This document shows positions 59,801 to 64,000 of a DNA stretch of 64,000 nt, one piece after another. The DNA is taken from NCBI GenBank assembly GCA_025465465.1, contig JAODND010000034.1, positions 8,099-72,098 on the forward strand, given 5' to 3'. Every line of letters begins with the position of its first letter. The stretch's first letter is position 1. Origin of the DNA: Frankiales bacterium (GTDB lineage: Bacteria > Actinomycetota > Actinomycetes > Mycobacteriales > SCTD01). A program made the translations under genes and the position numbers. The notes under the pieces were generated by a model. It was not told the origin of the DNA. It was given only the letters and a program-made list of their open reading frames with translations, and searched no databases.

Positions 59801-62800
59801 TGGGGCCGTCCGGTCGAGCACATAGCTGGCGGACCCGGTGCCGCCGGGGTTGCCTGCCACGTCCGTCGCGTCGACGGCGAGGGTGTACGCACCGTCCGCG
59901 CGGCCGGCGAGGTCGACCGTCACCGGGCTGGTGCAGGGGGCCGTAGCCGACACGACCGTCGCACCGCTCGTGACCGTGCACCGCGTGCTGCTCCCGGCTT
60001 CGCTGGTGAAGCCGAACACCGGACCGGTCGTCTGACTCGGACTTGTGGGGGCCGTCACGACGGGTGCCGCGGGCCCGGTGGTGTCGAGGGTGTACGTCGC
60101 CGAGACCACCGCGCTGGTCAGGCCCACCTCGTCGACGGCGCGCACCGTCAGCGTGTAGGTGCCGTCGGGCTGGTTGCGAAGGTCGGTCGTCCAGGGGAAC
60201 GTGCAGGCGGCCCAGTCGGCGACCACCCGGGCACCGGACGACGTCGCGCACTCAGCGGTGTCGCCCGCCGTGAACGTCGCCGACCACACCGGCATCGTGT
60301 CCCTGCCGGGACTCGCGGGCGCCGTGAGCACCGGCGCACCGGGCGGGGTCGTGTCGAGGACATAGGGGCCCGCCACACCGGCGCCGCTCTGGTTGCCCGC
60401 GGAGTCGGTGAGCTTCACCGAGACGTCCCAGGAGCCGTCGCCGACGAGGGTCGGCTGCCACGGCGTACTGCACGAGACAGCTGCCGCGGCGACCCCGTCG
60501 TGAACCAGGACGCAGCTGCCGCTGGTCCCGACCTCACCTGTCCAGCTGACCGTCGGCGAGGTGCCTGTCGACGGGCCGGTCGGCATGGCGACGACCGGGG
60601 CCGCGGGAGCAGTGGTGTCGAGCCGGTAGGCGAGCGACGTGCCGACGGCGCCGGTGTTGCCGGCCGCATCGATGGCCCGCACGTCGAGCTCGTAGTCGGC
60701 GTCCGGCATCGCACTCACGTCGGCGGTGTAGGGAGTGGTGCAGGAGGACCAGTCGTTCACCACCGTGGTGCCCTGCCGCCAGCGGCACTGCGTCGCAGCA
60801 CCCGGCTCGGCGGAGAACGGGAAGGCCGGTGCGCGCACCGCCGACGGGCTGCTGGGGGTGGTCACCGTCGGTGCCGCGGGCGCGGTCGTGTCCAGCTGGT
60901 AGGGCGCGGACTGCGCCGCCGGACTGACGTTGCCGGCCGCGTCCTGCACGGTCACCTGCAGGACGTAGCTGCCGTCGGAGGACAGCGGCACGGCGGTGCC
61001 GCTCGTGCAGGGTGCGGGTGCGCCGGGCACGCCGTCGCGGATGAGCACGCAGTTCGAGGCCGCGCCCGCCTCGGCGGTCCAGCTCCAGGTCGCGGTGGTC
61101 GTCTGCGCCGTCCCGGTCGGGCCCGACACGACCGGGGCAGCGGGTGCTGACGTGTCCAGCAGATAGGCGCTCGTGGTCGTCGCGGGGCTCACGTTGCCGG
61201 CCGCGTCGGTCAGCTGCACGACCACGACGTAGCTCGCGTCACCGGTGAGCGCCGGGCTGAAGGAGCCGCTGTTGCAGGGCACCTCGCTGCCCACCACGCC
61301 GGCCCGGTCGAGCCGGCAGCTCGCGGTCACGCCGGCCTCTCCGGTCCACGTCCACGTCGGGGCAGTCGTGTTGCCAGGACCTGCCGGACCGGCAACGGCC
61401 GGGGCGGCCGGGGCGGTGCGATCGGAGGTGTACGGCGCGCTGCTCGCGATCTGGGCGTCGTTGCCGGCGAGGTCGGTCACGAGGACGTCCACGGTGTAGG
61501 TGCCGTCGGAGGGGCTCGCGACCGTGTAGCGACCCGAGCTGCAGTCGCTCCAGGCACTGATGGCGATCCCCTGGACGAGGCGGCACTGCGCGGTGGTCCC
61601 GGCCTGGACCGGGAACGTCCAGGACGGCGCCAGGGCGTTGCCCGCTCCGGTCGGACCGCTGACGGTCGGGACGGTCGGCGCCGTGGTGTCGAGGGTGTAG
61701 GGCCAGGTCGTGACGGCCGCGTTCTGGGCGGTGTCGTGCGCCGTCACCTGCAACGTGTAGTCGCCGTCCGCGAGGCCGGTGAGGTCCGCTGTGTAGCTCG
61801 TCGTGCAGGGCGACACCCCGCCGGCGGTGCCCCCGCTGGGCGGGTTGCCGACGAGCAGCTGGCAGGTGATCGTGTCGCTGGCGTCGCCGACCAGCGACCA
61901 CGTCGGCGTGCGGTTGTTGCTCGGCCCGGTGGGCCCGGAGATGACGACCGCCGTCGGCGCTGTCGTGTCGAGCACATAGCCGAACGTCGTCGGTGCCGAC
62001 GTGTTGCCGGCGGCATCGGAGAGCCGGACCGCCAGCGTCCAGGTGCCGTCGCTCGCGAGGGCTGGTGTGTAGGACCCGCTGGTGCAGTCGGTCCAGGTCG
62101 GGGAGGTCGGCGCGCTCGTGCCGCTGTAGACGGTGCAGGTCGCGGTCCCGCCCGGGGTCTCGGGCGTGAACGTCACGGTCGGCGTCGTGTCGTTGCCGGG
62201 GCTCGACGGGGTGGTGAGGGCGGGCGGGGCGGGCGCCGTCCCGTCGTACAGGTAGGGGGTCGAGGTCGTGCCGACCACGCCGACGTTGCCGAGCGGATCG
62301 GTGAGCTGCGCCTGGAACACATAGCTGCCGTCACCCGGCAGCGTCGGGTAGAAGTCCCGTGCGCTGCAGTCCACCCAGGTGCCGTCCGTGACGACGCTGC
62401 CCACTGTGCGCTGCCACCGGCAGACCGCGGTGCTCGGGAGCTCGCCCATCCAGGTGACGTGTGGGGTCGCGGAGTTGGCCAGCCCCGTCGGACCCGAGAC
62501 GTCGGGCGCGTCCGGACCGGTCGTGTCGAGCAGGTAGGCCGCGCTGGTGGTGGCGACCGTGTTGCCATGGCCGTCGTCTTCGGTAACGACGAGCTGCCAG
62601 CTGTCGTCACCCGGCAACGTGAAGGTCGCCGGGGAGGAGCAGGGGGCGGTCGAGACCGTGCCGTGGGTGCTGCCGACGAGGGCGCACATCGTCGAGGCAC
62701 CCGGCTCGGTGAAGGTCCACGTCACCGAGGTCGACGTGCTCGGGCTGGTCGGCGGCGTCCCGAAGACCGCTGCCGCCGACGGCGTCGTGTCCAGGGTGTA

Positions 62801-63694
62801 GCTCGGTCCGACCGCGGCGGTGCTGCGGTTGTGGGCGGCGTCCTCCAGGACCACCGACAGGCTGTAGTCGCCCTCGGTGGCCGCACTCGCGGTGTAGGAG
62901 GTGTGGCTGCTGCAGGCGACTTCCGCGCCGGCACCGGCGGGCGACGTCAGGGTGCACAGGGCGGCGACGTCCTCCGGGTTGGCCCAGGTCCAGGTCGGCG
63001 AGGTGTCGTTGCCGATCCCGTTGGCGCCGGTGACCGTCGGCGCCGCCGGGGCGACCGTGTCGAGGACGTAGCTCGTGGTCGAGACGGGCGAGGTGTTGCC
63101 GGCCGGGTCGGTCGCGGTGACGGCGAGGTCGTGGCTGCCTTCGGTGAGGTCGGCTGAGGGCGTGAAGCCGGTGGTGCAGGAGACGTCCGGTCCGGCATCC
63201 AATGAGCAGGTTGCGGCCCCTGACGGGTCGACCGAGATGCCCCACGTCGGCCGGGGATCGTTGCCCGGCGAGGTCGGCGGGGTCACCGTGAGGCCGGCGA
63301 CGGTGTCCAGGGTGTAGGCCACCGTGGCGGGCGTCCCGTCGTCGGACAGCGACTTCTCCCGGACCGACAGCGTGTAGTCGCCGTCTGGGCCGAGGGCCGG
63401 TACTGCCCAGGGGCTGCTGCAGTCGGCGTAGGCGGGAGTCGGGTCGGAGGCCGGCGCGGCGGCGCACTCGTACTGCAGGCCGGCACCGGTGAACGTCACG
63501 AGCGGGCTGGGGTCGTTCGAGGTGACGGTCGCGGCCGGGCTCGAGATGTCCGGTGGGGGCGCGAGCGCGTGGGCTGGGGTGGCGAGCGCGACGACGCCGG
63601 TGGCCGCGACGCCGGAGCAGAGCAGCAGAGCAGCAGCGCTGCGCACCACACGCAGCTGCGGGGTGCGGAGCAGGCGTGCTGGCGCCATGCCCAT
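56837..63694 (-). CDS. giant (2285 aa) surface protein with 23 Ig-like repeats and C-terminal membrane anchor
   Basis: AAGGAG RBS before ATG 63694; signal peptide ending PAHA; ~90-aa repeats ending DAAGN...Y-x-LDTTAP, each with two Cys; Pro-rich linker, TM, QNRIDRRDPKL tail. Confidence 0.93.
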   Translation of the reverse strand: MGMAPARLLRTPQLRVVRSAAALLLCSGVAATGVVALATPAHALAPPPDISSPAATVTSNDPSPLVTFTGAGLQYECAAAPASDPTPAYADCSSPWAVPALGPDGDYTLSVREKSLSDDGTPATVAYTLDTVAGLTVTPPTSPGNDPRPTWGISVDPSGAATCSLDAGPDVSCTTGFTPSADLTEGSHDLAVTATDPAGNTSPVSTTSYVLDTVAPAAPTVTGANGIGNDTSPTWTWANPEDVAALCTLTSPAGAGAEVACSSHTSYTASAATEGDYSLSVVLEDAAHNRSTAAVGPSYTLDTTPSAAAVFGTPPTSPSTSTSVTWTFTEPGASTMCALVGSTHGTVSTAPCSSPATFTLPGDDSWQLVVTEDDGHGNTVATTSAAYLLDTTGPDAPDVSGPTGLANSATPHVTWMGELPSTAVCRWQRTVGSVVTDGTWVDCSARDFYPTLPGDGSYVFQAQLTDPLGNVGVVGTTSTPYLYDGTAPAPPALTTPSSPGNDTTPTVTFTPETPGGTATCTVYSGTSAPTSPTWTDCTSGSYTPALASDGTWTLAVRLSDAAGNTSAPTTFGYVLDTTAPTAVVISGPTGPSNNRTPTWSLVGDASDTITCQLLVGNPPSGGTAGGVSPCTTSYTADLTGLADGDYTLQVTAHDTAQNAAVTTWPYTLDTTAPTVPTVSGPTGAGNALAPSWTFPVQAGTTAQCRLVQGIAISAWSDCSSGRYTVASPSDGTYTVDVLVTDLAGNDAQIASSAPYTSDRTAPAAPAVAGPAGPGNTTAPTWTWTGEAGVTASCRLDRAGVVGSEVPCNSGSFSPALTGDASYVVVVQLTDAAGNVSPATTTSAYLLDTSAPAAPVVSGPTGTAQTTTATWSWTAEAGAASNCVLIRDGVPGAPAPCTSGTAVPLSSDGSYVLQVTVQDAAGNVSPAAQSAPYQLDTTAPAAPTVTTPSSPSAVRAPAFPFSAEPGAATQCRWRQGTTVVNDWSSCTTPYTADVSAMPDADYELDVRAIDAAGNTGAVGTSLAYRLDTTAPAAPVVAMPTGPSTGTSPTVSWTGEVGTSGSCVLVHDGVAAAAVSCSTPWQPTLVGDGSWDVSVKLTDSAGNQSGAGVAGPYVLDTTPPGAPVLTAPASPGRDTMPVWSATFTAGDTAECATSSGARVVADWAACTFPWTTDLRNQPDGTYTLTVRAVDEVGLTSAVVSATYTLDTTGPAAPVVTAPTSPSQTTGPVFGFTSEAGSSTRCTVTSGATVVSATAPCTSPVTVDLAGRADGAYTLAVDATDVAGNPGGTGSASYVLDRTAPAAPVATSTPASPSPSTSPSWGFTAEAGTTTTCTVTGASTGQVVSAPCTSPFAPTLSTDDTYTFTVTATDAAGNTGPALSETYVLDTTAPATPTLTPPSSPSQSTAPAWGVSTAEGTVQCQLTFGGTVLVDWTDCTSGFSTSLTGPDGTYTLTARTVDAAGNLSAVATSSYVLDRAAPVAATMLTPASPSKGLQPTWTVSDDEPGVTAVCTLNGPGGAVAAPVSCSAPPSGAPFGVDLTGLTDGSYTLTVQVSDAAGNKTSATSTAYVLDTTAPSAVVVTAPRTPAAARVVTWTLIGDTDSTLECAFQTDPASPPAFATCPGSANGQGSFTADLTSANDGTYVLIVRARDASGNLGPSVSSAYVLDTLAPAAPTGLRALTPSPSNAGSVTWSFAVEGGSTALCQLLSISGAVTAEQPCSSPLVTDLGQQPDGTYSLTVRAQDAAGNLGPLVTADYIVDRTAPGAPLITKTPGSPGPVVTPVWGVEVSEPGDLLECRLVGLPGSSWAPCAAPVTYDLAPATSGSYTLQARETDPAGNVSAPVSAPPYLLDSNAPVPPEVSPPLKSPGNSTSPVFRIAEGAGSKDIVGLTCSVTRFDGKPATASPCALGSNTVALVGMAPRSQGAVSLSVQGQDAAGNVSGTAMASYFFDSIPPAPAQIRPLAADVGTTPRVTWTFGEPSTALRSGSLTSGPLSAAGTSFRCQLTKGGVAPSDAASKSCRSPHTELLTQTGTWLLWVWAVDPAGNRATPVSSRYTFVSPVPAVTDLRTPASGPGTRPTWTFTVPPSYTAACLLSNAGEAVLAQASCSSGRFTADLSSQPHGLYFLTVQLINTRGDEGPFTRSTPYDYRASSVTPPTVVHHVGKPGTPSTGLPGVSTPPPVHPTQPPAGSGLVPAHQGTSGPVKRAVDRMLTVPTPGALITKEVPQAIGNTLAQVARKPTIPLVVLGVVIGFLLLQNRIDRRDPKLASAPVGAEPELDFGPVLHLGGGAPA

Positions 63695-63780
63695 TCGTGC
63701 TCCTTGCGTCGCCCAAGTCGCAGCAGGGTGCTTGGGTCCCTGCTGCGGCAGGACGTGCCGTCGCACGCCCTGAGGACTGC

Positions 63781-63807
63781 TTCGGCAGGGTCACCCGAAA
63801 AGGTGAG
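63781..63807 (-). promoter_or_regulatory. sigma28/FliA-like promoter motif with overlapping palindrome
   Basis: Minus strand CTCA-N17-GCCGAA; TCACC-N6-GGTGA palindrome at 63791-63806. Confidence 0.5.
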
Positions 63808-63902
63808 GGCTGATCGGCGGGAAATTCACTGCGCCGATCGTGCTGCCCGCAAGGCCGGATATGGTCCGAATGGACGCACCCGCCCCGTTGCCGGTCCTTC
63901 GG

Positions 63903-63974
63903 TGGAGCCACGGGGATTCGAACCCCGGACCTTCGCCTTGCAAAGGCGCTGCTCTACCACTGAGCTATGGCCCC
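63903..63974 (-). tRNA. tRNA-Ala(TGC)
   Basis: GGGGCCA/TGGCTCC acceptor with G3:U70, anticodon loop TTTGCAA, GGTTCGAATCC. Confidence 0.97.
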
Positions 63975-64000
63975 CGGTCGCTCAGCGCAGATCCACGTCT

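Noticed and set aside
57000..63560. Repeats of the giant gene as a CRISPR array or recent tandem amplification
   Set aside because: Units are highly diverged at DNA level, are coding, and lack repeat-spacer structure; no cas genes.
63695..63766. Longer N-terminus for the giant protein as given in the ORF track (start 63766)
   Set aside because: The AAGGAG RBS and signal-peptide length favour ATG 63694; the upstream part is better read as 5' UTR.
10..63813. Many long alternative-frame and antisense ORFs (e.g. 3409-5676, 7295-9604, 26459-28918, 49537-51732, 54735-57014)
   Set aside because: Shadows of real genes in high-GC DNA: Arg/Pro/Gly-rich translations without family motifs.

Overview
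High-GC actinobacterial chromosome segment, probably close to oriC. It carries the conserved tRNA-Leu, fhaA-fhaB-pstP-rodA-pbpA-pknB, pabA/trpG, sortase E, DUF881, crgA, rhomboid, ppiA and tRNA-Ala block. Other core content: tRNA-Ser, serS, the proteasome activator Bpa, larB-larC, arcA, an Fpg/Nei glycosylase, an NrtR-type regulator, and a consolidated phosphate regulon (senX3-regX3-pstSCAB-phoU, DUF47-pit) with three 11-bp-periodic PHO-box-like arrays. The best candidates for new biology are two accessory surface-structure loci downstream of tRNA 3' ends. (1) A translationally coupled operon of three small secreted two-Cys proteins plus a SipW-type signal peptidase, a candidate donor-strand fibre or pilus, next to a tyrosine-integrase remnant and a pseudogene. 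(2) A 2285-aa membrane-anchored protein with 23 two-Cys Ig-like repeats, coupled to a membrane-GAF-GGDEF diguanylate cyclase. Both loci have sigma28/WhiG-like promoter motifs. Smaller signals include repeated relay mini-ORFs bridging stop and start codons, ~63-bp TGATC-ended hairpin elements, many leaderless or bidirectional promoters, a probable CTG start, and an acyl-CoA ligase with histone-like PAKK tails. All calls come from reading motifs by eye; no database searches were run.
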